A stretch of 24,335 nt of DNA, from NCBI GenBank assembly GCA_029856435.1, contig JAHQXB010000019.1, positions 1 through 24,335 on the forward strand, given 5' to 3'. This DNA comes from Candidatus Jordarchaeia archaeon (GTDB lineage: Archaea > Asgardarchaeota > Jordiarchaeia > Jordiarchaeales > Jordiarchaeaceae). The notes below the pieces were generated by a model that saw nothing but the letters and a program-made list of their open reading frames with translations, had not been told where the DNA came from and searched no databases. Shown here piece after piece: positions 16,615 through 24,335 of the stretch (the first letter of the stretch is position 1; each line of letters opens with the position of its first letter). Both the position numbers and the translations under genes were made by a program.

Positions 16615-18384
16615 TTATTTCTTTATAGCGTCCGGAATCTTTTCTGGAGGTAAGACTTTAACTTTCCATTTTGTGGCGCTCTCAATGCTAGTCTTCAGAG
16701 ACTCGGCAGCCGGCGGAATGATGAGTTCCTTTTTAGTTATTTGCTCGTCAGCGCCGCCCTCTTGCATAACCTTTTTTATAGCTTCAGCATCAAGCTTCTT
16801 CTCTTTAACAGCAGTTTCAAAGTCTAAGCCCTCAGTATCCACGACAAGTAGCCAAGCTGAAGCGTTTGCATCAAGTAGTGGCCTCTTGATTTCATAGAAT
16901 GACTTGATGTTGTTTGTGGCGAGAAACACTGGACTTTCCTTACCGGGGTCGCCTACATATTTAAGACCCGTAGGTGCTCTATACTTGTCTCTCAGGAAGT
17001 CGCCGATGGCGCCGGAGTCCTTGGGGCCAACATACACGTCCCAACCGCTCAGATCTTCGATTTCGCCTTTGAATCTTGCAGCCATCCCGGGTATGATTAA
17101 AGCCCTGTGATTAACCTTTTCGGCGACCTTGAACTCAGCTAGAGCATCAGAAATGCTGTTGGCATTGAGCTGACCGCCGGCAGCGGAAGACTCAACGCCT
17201 ATTCCGCCCGTATCCATAATTATTAGCCAAGCATTTATTTTAGCTTGTTCTAAGTCGGATTTTACTGTGTATGCTGTTAGGGCAAAGTTTGTAGTTATCA
17301 TCACTGGACTGTTTTGGTCTGGTGTACCTATGGGCATTAGCTCAGGTGTTACCGCAGGGTGTATCCTGGGGTCTTCGTAGAGGTTGCTCACTAATACCAC
17401 TAGTGGTAAGAATGTCCAGAGTTCTGATGAGTGTATGATGAGTAGGTCGGCATATCTAGCGACTAGCATTGCGGATAGGACTGTTTCTTTGAAGGCGGTT
17501 TCTAGTCTTTCGCCTTCGGAAACTCCTTCTTTGCCTATCCATATTGTGGCTGGGACTCCTATGAGTGGCCAGCCCACATCTTTATCGTCCATCTCTATTG
17601 CAGCCCTTCGAAGCATAGTGAAGTTGTTTATGGTGTCTGAGAGTAATCCTTCTCCCCAGAAGGTTCCGGGGTCGAGAGCCAGTTCTTGAACTCCTGCTTG
17701 GTAGAGTGATTTTGCCAAGCTTTTTAGGAGATCTAGGTCTCCGGGTGCCGCTACCACTAGAGGTAGTTTTTCGCTTCTCGCGATTTCTCCTACTTCTTTC
17801 CAGTTGTCCTTGGTGGCTGCATAAAGTAGCGGCTTCTTCCCCGCCGCGGCTTTTATTCCCGCCTTTAAGCATTCGGGTTTAAGTGAGCATAGTATTATGG
17901 GCCAGTCGGTATTTTTCACGACTGTAGATACAGCTTTGGCAAATTTATTGGGATCGCCGGACACACATTTTATAGCTATAGCGTCCAGCATGAGGGTTTT
18001 TCCAATGTAGAAGGTTCCCCAGTGTGTGATGAGGTCTACCCTTTTTACTAGTTCACTTTCGTCCATCTCGTCGTGGACATCTATGGCTAATACTGTTGGG
18101 TTGTACCAAGTGAGCTCATGGCGACGCATAACTTCTTTTCCGCCAATGGTTTTGACGTGTTCACCTTCACCGAATCTTATAGCTCTTACTGGTGGTGTTA
18201 ATATTTCTTTGAGTTTATCGTAGTTTTTCTTGTTTTTAGGGTCTAGTATTGGTTTGCAGACTTCCAATTCTACTTCATGGTTGATGAGCTTGTAGGCGAA
18301 TGCCATACACGTGTCGTCACCGCACTCCTTGCAGTTAGTTTTGGGTAGTAAATTGTATACGTCTAAAGGTTTCAGCCTTGACAT
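16615..18384 (-). CDS. cdhE: ACDS complex gamma subunit (corrinoid Fe-S protein large subunit) with duplicated C-terminal domain
   Basis: N-terminal KTNCKECGDDTCMAFA...C Fe-S motif, TIM-barrel region, then SPVMITTNF/DTGG/IIPG/VGPKDS. An extra ~119-aa repeat follows. Confidence 0.96.
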   Translation of the reverse strand: MSRLKPLDVYNLLPKTNCKECGDDTCMAFAYKLINHEVELEVCKPILDPKNKKNYDKLKEILTPPVRAIRFGEGEHVKTIGGKEVMRRHELTWYNPTVLAIDVHDEMDESELVKRVDLITHWGTFYIGKTLMLDAIAIKCVSGDPNKFAKAVSTVVKNTDWPIILCSLKPECLKAGIKAAAGKKPLLYAATKDNWKEVGEIARSEKLPLVVAAPGDLDLLKSLAKSLYQAGVQELALDPGTFWGEGLLSDTINNFTMLRRAAIEMDDKDVGWPLIGVPATIWIGKEGVSEGERLETAFKETVLSAMLVARYADLLIIHSSELWTFLPLVVLVSNLYEDPRIHPAVTPELMPIGTPDQNSPVMITTNFALTAYTVKSDLEQAKINAWLIIMDTGGIGVESSAAGGQLNANSISDALAEFKVAEKVNHRALIIPGMAARFKGEIEDLSGWDVYVGPKDSGAIGDFLRDKYRAPTGLKYVGDPGKESPVFLATNNIKSFYEIKRPLLDANASAWLLVVDTEGLDFETAVKEKKLDAEAIKKVMQEGGADEQITKKELIIPPAAESLKTSIESATKWKVKVLPPEKIPDAIKK

Positions 18385-18401
18385 TCCTTTTCACTCCCTT
18401 T

Positions 18402-19637
18402 TTAGACCTTTGTGGTTACCCAGTTTAGTAGTGGGCTGGGTTTGTCTTTCTTTTTGGATGTGAGGTATTCAACTACGGTTTTGAAGATTTGTACACTGGC
18501 GGGGTGGAGCATCATGAAGATGTCGCAACCGTTCAGTGCTAGTGATAGTCCAGTGATAGCTTCCCATAGTGGCCCTCGAAAGTTTATGGTTCCCCATTCT
18601 GCTCCCTTCTTTTTGTCGCTCATGTAGGCTTCTCGGGCTCCCCACGCATTGGTGGTTCCTGAGGAAAGGGGCATTTGTAAGTCTTTTTCGCCTTTTAGAG
18701 CAGCCATCCTGATCCTTTCATAGACACTAAAGGAGTATTGTAGTCCGTATCCTAGCGCCGCAGTGGTGGCGTCTTGTACTATGTGATCTTTGGGTAGCCC
18801 AGCGTCTAGTAATAGTTGGTTCATTTTCTTTTGGTTGTTGACATCTAGTTGGGTCCATGAGAGCACGTTGTGGTTGTATTTTTTGGCGGCTTCGACTATC
18901 CGTTTCCAGTCAAGGTTTTCTGATGCCGAGTTTAACATGAGGCGTTCATTTTGGGCTGCGGCGGCTGCGGCCTCAAGGACTTCTGGGTCTTTGTCTGGAT
19001 TTCCCGATCCTCCTATGAGAAGGGGGGTGTCTATGGCTTGTAATACATCTTCGATGGTTTTTGCGGCTTTTTTAGCAGGTGTATCTTTGATGTAGGGATC
19101 GGTGCTGATAAGGTGTACGGTAACAAGATCAGCGCCATATTCCTTAATGGCCTTTTTAGCCCACTCTGCAGGGTCGTCCATTACTTCGTCGAAGTGGTCT
19201 TTGATGGGTTTGGGTAGGTTCATTCTCATGTCAAATACATCAAATGTAACTAGGGGTCGGTTGGGATTATCGTATTCGAAGCGGTAGAATGGCGGAACTC
19301 TTTCTCCGCCTATTTTTCGGATTTCTTTTCGGGTGCCACCTTCCTTTCTGGTTTGACCGAATTGTACCTCCACTATCTGGCCAGGATATTCCTGTATTGG
19401 TGGTTTGAATTTTTCTTCTATGAACTGGAAGGGTTTTACTGCAGGTACGGCTGTAGGTATGACACCCGGGGCTAGGGCTCTCGCTGCTGGGGGAGGAGCT
19501 AGGGCGGCTACTCCCGCCGCCATTTTCAACACTAGCTCGTCAGCCTCTATAGTAACATCTACTAGTTCTAGTTCGCCGAACTCCTCCAGAATTTTTAATA
19601 TGTCTTTGCCAAGCCTTGTAATATCATCTGTCGGCAT
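18402..19637 (-). CDS. cdhD: ACDS complex delta subunit (corrinoid Fe-S protein small subunit)
   Basis: IGGERVPPFY.F, FDVFD, GADLVTVHLISTDP, IGGSGNP.KDP and TTNAWGAREA. Confidence 0.96.
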   Translation of the reverse strand: MPTDDITRLGKDILKILEEFGELELVDVTIEADELVLKMAAGVAALAPPPAARALAPGVIPTAVPAVKPFQFIEEKFKPPIQEYPGQIVEVQFGQTRKEGGTRKEIRKIGGERVPPFYRFEYDNPNRPLVTFDVFDMRMNLPKPIKDHFDEVMDDPAEWAKKAIKEYGADLVTVHLISTDPYIKDTPAKKAAKTIEDVLQAIDTPLLIGGSGNPDKDPEVLEAAAAAAQNERLMLNSASENLDWKRIVEAAKKYNHNVLSWTQLDVNNQKKMNQLLLDAGLPKDHIVQDATTAALGYGLQYSFSVYERIRMAALKGEKDLQMPLSSGTTNAWGAREAYMSDKKKGAEWGTINFRGPLWEAITGLSLALNGCDIFMMLHPASVQIFKTVVEYLTSKKKDKPSPLLNWVTTKV

Positions 19638-19648
19638 TATCTATTCCT

Positions 19649-21136
19649 TCATTTTTTACCTTTTTCTTCTCTCTTGATTATCAATTTGTCAACTTTTATC
19701 TTCACGTTTTTGAAAATTAGTTGGAAACCTTCTCCTGGAGCCGCTCCAGGGATTCCGCCGGGTAGTTGCAGGACTCCTTGTAATAATGCTACGGGGACTC
19801 CTCCGGGCACCGCTGCCATTGTTGCGGGCATTGTTACTTGTGGAAGCGTATATTCTGTGGGAGCTGTCGGGTAGACTGCTTCTGCGGGGGCTTCGGTGAC
19901 CTCAGCTACTACTTCTTCTTTCCACTGTTTGACAATGGGGTGTCCTTTGTCTTTGAGCCATTGTCTTAGTTCTGTGGTGTTGGTTACGTCTTTTTCGGTG
20001 GCGATTTTATCTCTCAGTCCTTCTGGTATAGCGTCTAGAACTCTTTCTTTTACGTTGGAGGGCAACCATACTACTCTATTCCATCCTCCGTCGGCTTGCA
20101 GAAATCTTGGGCTTCGCATATATTCTATTGCTATGCCGTTGAATCCTTCAACCTGTTTGCCTCCTCCAGTCTGGTTGGCCATTGTAGAGAATGCTAGACC
20201 GTTTACTGCGGTGCCTTCGTAGCCTCTGTCTACGATTCCTATTCCATCCACTTCAGGTATGTAGAATGCTATGGCTTCAAAGCATCCACAGCTGGTGTGT
20301 GGATATCCGAACATGCTGTACATCCAGACCCTTTCTACTTCGCCTAGTGATTTCTGCTTTGCTACCTCGTTTACTCCTGAGTATTCTCCGTGAATTTCGT
20401 CAAGTAGTTCGCCTTTTGGAACCATAAAGTTGGGTCCTTTGGGGTCTACACGCGCAGCTGCGCGAGCGTCGAACCAGTTGATGGCGCCACACAGTGAGAT
20501 TCTGTTTGGGGATATGATGCATACGTGGCTGGGTGCAAAGCTTTGACATAGGACACACCCGTAAAATTCAGTTACATCTTCGTCTTTCATTCCCCTGGCC
20601 CTTGCATCTCTTGCCTCATATATTTGTAGTGCTTTCTTATACCACTCGGATATTTTCTTGGGGTCTGTTATGAATGTTACCTGTATTTTTTCTATTATGG
20701 GGAACTCTGATTTGAAGAGTCTGGTGAGAACTTTTCCCAAGAATTGGAATGAGTTGAATCCTTTCTTGTAGGAAGCTTTGCTTAGTCTCAGCCAAATATC
20801 GTATCGCTGGTTTAGGTGCATGAACCCTTCCACGAAGTTTATGAATTCGTGTATTCGCCTCTCAAGAACTGCCTCAAGGTCTTTTTCTATTTCTTTGCCT
20901 GCGACTTCTACCAGTATGCCTAAGGGGTAGGATTTTCCTTCCTCCAGGTCTTTCAAGTCTGGTCCTTGTATAATGATTTTCCCATCCTCGATTTCTTTCA
21001 TGTCACGGGCTTGCACTAGTTCGAATTTCTGTTCGACGTTTGGTCCGCCGAACTCAAATTGCATATCTTTTCCGCGAATTCGTTCTCCTTCGTAGACTAC
21101 TCCTACGTCCACAGGGATGTCGTCAAACATGCTCAT
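19649..21136 (-). CDS. cdhC: ACDS complex beta subunit (acetyl-CoA synthase, A-cluster)
   Basis: YEGERIR, HLNQR, GCVLCQSFAPSHVC and HTSCGCFE. AGGAGG Shine-Dalgarno site upstream. Confidence 0.97.
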   Translation of the reverse strand: MSMFDDIPVDVGVVYEGERIRGKDMQFEFGGPNVEQKFELVQARDMKEIEDGKIIIQGPDLKDLEEGKSYPLGILVEVAGKEIEKDLEAVLERRIHEFINFVEGFMHLNQRYDIWLRLSKASYKKGFNSFQFLGKVLTRLFKSEFPIIEKIQVTFITDPKKISEWYKKALQIYEARDARARGMKDEDVTEFYGCVLCQSFAPSHVCIISPNRISLCGAINWFDARAAARVDPKGPNFMVPKGELLDEIHGEYSGVNEVAKQKSLGEVERVWMYSMFGYPHTSCGCFEAIAFYIPEVDGIGIVDRGYEGTAVNGLAFSTMANQTGGGKQVEGFNGIAIEYMRSPRFLQADGGWNRVVWLPSNVKERVLDAIPEGLRDKIATEKDVTNTTELRQWLKDKGHPIVKQWKEEVVAEVTEAPAEAVYPTAPTEYTLPQVTMPATMAAVPGGVPVALLQGVLQLPGGIPGAAPGEGFQLIFKNVKIKVDKLIIKREEKGKK

Positions 21137-21180
21137 TCATATATCCTCCTTTTTATTAATCATAATTTTTGATCATCAAA

Positions 21181-21723
21181 TCATGCTTTTAGTTCAGCTA
21201 CTAAATCGTCCAATTCTTTCTTCCATTCGCTTATCTTTAGGTTGTTAAAGCTAAAACTGGCGTTGGGTTGGTACTCTCTGTCCAGACTTATGGTCAAAAT
21301 GTCCGGGGCAAAGTGTTTCAGAGTGGAGAGAGACTGGCTTTGAATATAGTATATTCCTCCCAAGTATAGTACACAGTCGTAATGTCCTTTTCCGTCTAGT
21401 CCCTTCCATTTTGGGTCTCTTAGCCTGTTTGTGATGTCCGCTAGCTGCATATCCACTGCCTTGTCGAATCCTGCTTGTTTTAGTTCTTTAACCATGTTTG
21501 CTGTTGCAACTACTGGAATTCCTGCCTTACCGATTTCAACCGCATAGTCCACTAGTCTTTTTCCGTCCAACTCTCTGATTGCGTTGGCACTGACAATGAG
21601 TAAGCATCTCTTCTTCTTTTTTATCATCTTGGCGGCGACTTGTCCGCTCATAAGGACGCTAGCATTTTTTGATCCGCCCCAGTTAGCACTTTGCCAAGGG
21701 GTTGGTGCTTTAGCAGCCATCAT
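21181..21723 (-). CDS. cdhB: ACDS complex epsilon subunit
   Basis: PTPWQ.A, W.GLDGKGHYD, YYIQSQ.LS.LKHFA and A.FSF.N. Lies between cdhA and cdhC; AGGAGG upstream. Confidence 0.93.
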   Translation of the reverse strand: MMAAKAPTPWQSANWGGSKNASVLMSGQVAAKMIKKKKRCLLIVSANAIRELDGKRLVDYAVEIGKAGIPVVATANMVKELKQAGFDKAVDMQLADITNRLRDPKWKGLDGKGHYDCVLYLGGIYYIQSQSLSTLKHFAPDILTISLDREYQPNASFSFNNLKISEWKKELDDLVAELKA

Positions 21724-21734
21724 AATTTCCTCCT

Positions 21735-24098
21735 TTATTTTTTGGCTTTAACTAATCTTTCGTACAGTGTGGGGTCTGGTATCTCAGAAGGTTTCCAGTT
21801 TCTGTCCTTAAGAACTTTCATTAGGTCTTCCTTGAAGGTCACCGGGATGTCGCCCTCAACCCTTATGTATTTATGTATATCGTCTGGGAAGTCCTTTCCA
21901 TACTTTCTGCGGTAAAGGTCTATCCAGTGGCTGAGCTTAATAGCCCTACCCTTAGAGGTGTCGTTGGGCCTCAAACACAGCTTGGCTGTCTGCACAATGC
22001 ACTCATCCATATTTTCAGCCGCAACTATTAAGTGTTCAGGAGTTGGACCGACATACACTTTGTCTCCGGTTCGAGCATTGTACACATACCAATCTTCATC
22101 AATGTCGCTGCGGCCGAGGTACATTCTTCGATACTTGGAACCATGTGGCCCCACAATCACGGGTATACCATACATGTTAACGCCTGTTGCTATGGAAGCT
22201 GCCTTTTGACTGTAGGCTCCCCAGGCAACACCAACAGCTCCCACTCTGTTTAGAACATAGTCTGCTATCTCTTCAAAGTTTGCTCTAAGTGGTCTTCTGG
22301 CGAATATGTTTGCAATCTTTATCGCTGCTCCCACAATATGACTATTGGATACGCAGGAGCCGACGTTTACAAGTCCTCCGGCGTCGAAGTCACCGGGATA
22401 TTTTTCGTAGAGTGTTAGTCCTTCTTCGTCCTTGTATCTGGCGATGTCCATGGCGGAGCATCCGCTGACAACTACTATGTATCTCCTTTTGAGGAACTCT
22501 TCAGCCATCTTAGCCACCTCTGTGGGCCCTGCGGGATAGTTCGCACAACCAACGTAGGCAATGACACCCGGAATCTCACCTAAGACGATTGGGGCACCCA
22601 CGTTTCGTATCTCGGTGTCTTTAATTGGACCTCGCCCAACTCTAACTTTATAAACATCGCTTTTGATTTGGTTCTGAGACGCCGCATCTATCAATTCCTT
22701 AACGGGTATATCCTTCCTGCAGGCGAGGCTGCACCTTCCGCAGCCCACACAGTCCTCGTACAGAGACTCAAGCAGGCTTAGGTCACCTGAAGCAGCGGCC
22801 TTCACCGCTTCCGAGGTGAGCAAGTCATTTGGACACGCTCTCTCACAGTCATAACACTCGGTACACAACTTGGCAAATTCGGTAATCTGCTTCTTGTCGG
22901 GGACGTTCTTAAACTTCTTTCTTAGGGGAGCAAGTTTCATTGCTGTTCTAACCGCAACCTCACCGGCCTTCTCGCCATCAAGTATGAGCGCACCATTTGC
23001 CTCACCTGCCATAGCATATTTGACTAGGTCCTCAACTATCTCCTGTACGGGATCAAAGGTTCTATCTTTTAGTCCCAAGCAGTTTTTCTCATTTGTGGCT
23101 ATGAACGCTGCTTTAACCTTGGCAGCCTCCTCGATAATATCGGTACGAATACACTGCTCATCAACCATTACAACATCGGGAATACCAGACCTGACGAAGG
23201 TTAGCTGCCGAGCTATTGAGCCTATAATCTTATAACCAGGATTGTATCGGGTTAAGTCTAGGGCGGTGCAGCATATTCCAGCAAGCTCTAAGTTTTCCTC
23301 CAAGTTGTGTTCACGTAAGTAATCTATAACGCCCACACTGGGAATAACATTGTGGCCAATTACTAGGATCATGGGTTTTTCTGGGTCTACACAACCCAGA
23401 CCAATTTCTACTAGGGGGGTGTTTCCCTCACCCTTTGGAAAATTGAGTGCTGTGATCTGAATCAGGTCGGCTGTTTCCATTCCCACAAAATCCATTAAGC
23501 CGATGTGTAGGGCCTTAGCCTCAAAGTCAATGTAGCTTCCTTCTTGTCCAGTGTGGCATGCCGCAACTCCTTGTACTATTTGGTTCTCTACATAGTCTAA
23601 CACTTCTTCTAGGTCGCCTAGTTTCTGAGGCCTTATCCCGAGCACATTTCTAATGATGGGAGCCTCTACTGCAATGTCATTACCTAGGTTAATGGGATAG
23701 TCGGGGCCGACTCTTTTGATGAGGTCATGTAGCATGTGTCTTGCGTGACCTGCATGCGCTGAGGCGCCTATGGTACAAGCTAGGAGAACTATTCTTCCCT
23801 GAGTGTCTTCTATTGTGATTCCGCATGCTCCGCGTTTGCCTGCAGTTAGGTCGCAGTGACCATAGGTACAGAGGCAGCAGCGGTCGCAGAATGGAGCGTA
23901 GAAGGGGCGATACCTTTTAAGAAGTCTGTCTACAGTCCAAGATCTAAGCTGTGCTAGAGTGGGTTTGGGTGTGGGTCCCATAGGTTCCCATTCTTCCTCT
24001 TCCACTATGACTTTGCCTATTTGTACCTCTAGGTTTTTGAATGATGCTAGGGGTGTTTTGAGCTCGTCTGCCTTCAAATATCCCGAAGTTTTTGCCAT
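21735..24098 (-). CDS. cdhA: ACDS complex alpha subunit (Ni-Fe-S carbon monoxide dehydrogenase)
   Basis: MGPTPKP, CDRCCLCTYGHC...ACG, C-cluster ligand motifs GHNV, CCT, DEQC, GCAN, GCS and GSC. Two ferredoxin-like motifs CTECYDCERACP and CVGCGRCSLAC. GGAGG upstream. Confidence 0.98.
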   Translation of the reverse strand: MAKTSGYLKADELKTPLASFKNLEVQIGKVIVEEEEWEPMGPTPKPTLAQLRSWTVDRLLKRYRPFYAPFCDRCCLCTYGHCDLTAGKRGACGITIEDTQGRIVLLACTIGASAHAGHARHMLHDLIKRVGPDYPINLGNDIAVEAPIIRNVLGIRPQKLGDLEEVLDYVENQIVQGVAACHTGQEGSYIDFEAKALHIGLMDFVGMETADLIQITALNFPKGEGNTPLVEIGLGCVDPEKPMILVIGHNVIPSVGVIDYLREHNLEENLELAGICCTALDLTRYNPGYKIIGSIARQLTFVRSGIPDVVMVDEQCIRTDIIEEAAKVKAAFIATNEKNCLGLKDRTFDPVQEIVEDLVKYAMAGEANGALILDGEKAGEVAVRTAMKLAPLRKKFKNVPDKKQITEFAKLCTECYDCERACPNDLLTSEAVKAAASGDLSLLESLYEDCVGCGRCSLACRKDIPVKELIDAASQNQIKSDVYKVRVGRGPIKDTEIRNVGAPIVLGEIPGVIAYVGCANYPAGPTEVAKMAEEFLKRRYIVVVSGCSAMDIARYKDEEGLTLYEKYPGDFDAGGLVNVGSCVSNSHIVGAAIKIANIFARRPLRANFEEIADYVLNRVGAVGVAWGAYSQKAASIATGVNMYGIPVIVGPHGSKYRRMYLGRSDIDEDWYVYNARTGDKVYVGPTPEHLIVAAENMDECIVQTAKLCLRPNDTSKGRAIKLSHWIDLYRRKYGKDFPDDIHKYIRVEGDIPVTFKEDLMKVLKDRNWKPSEIPDPTLYERLVKAKK

Positions 24099-24335
24099 TT
24101 TATTTCCTCCATAAAAATGCGCAGTAATGAAATAATCACTCCGCCTAACGGGAGATTTTTTTAGTTTTAAACTTTACTATGAACACAGTAGAGACCTTGT
24201 CGTAAGTATGTAGTTTGTTGACATGGTATGTGTGCAGGGTTAGCTGGTCTTACTCCTTTTTTTAGGCTTACTTGGAAGGAAGCCCTGTAAAGCCTCCTTT
24301 TTTGGAGAGGATCAAACGATTACGCATAGAAGAGA

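Noticed and set aside
938-23235. Numerous 60-140 aa ORFs antisense to or nested in tgtA, ugd, radA, the PfkB fusion, cooC and the cdh genes
   Set aside because: They are shadow ORFs fully overlapping well-supported genes and show no recognisable motifs.
184-24098. Selenocysteine or pyrrolysine readthrough
   Set aside because: All recognised proteins end at expected positions with complete motifs, and no in-frame stop interrupts a conserved domain.
24262-24335. Possible 3' end of an upstream gene (SSMRNRLILSKKGGFTGLPSK*) and an imperfect hairpin AGGCTTAC...GTAAAGCCT upstream of cdhA
   Set aside because: It is too short and truncated by the window edge to support either call.

Overview
Archaeal chromosomal segment from an anaerobe with the archaeal Wood-Ljungdahl pathway. 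A TACK/Asgard-type lineage is an inference from RadA and gene content, not proven. The right third is a complete ACDS operon on the minus strand (cdhA-B-C-D-E). Its gamma subunit CdhE carries an unusual tandem duplication of the C-terminal corrinoid-binding domain. Nearby are a detached CooC-type Ni-insertase flanked by two paralogous unknown proteins, a GNAT acetyltransferase and a USP. The centre holds pterin-cofactor genes (mptD, a wHTH-PfkB fusion, mptE, DUF447), an AIR-synthase-like protein and radA. The left holds a minus-strand run: metallophosphoesterase, restriction-endonuclease-like protein, UDP-glucose dehydrogenase, tgtA, a standalone degenerate GGDEF-like protein and a mini HIT protein. 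Non-coding features include a dispersed/tandem ~55-60 bp repeat, two GC-rich intergenic islands and several inverted repeats. No tRNA, rRNA or CRISPR array was recognised. Family calls come from manual motif recognition; no searches were run.
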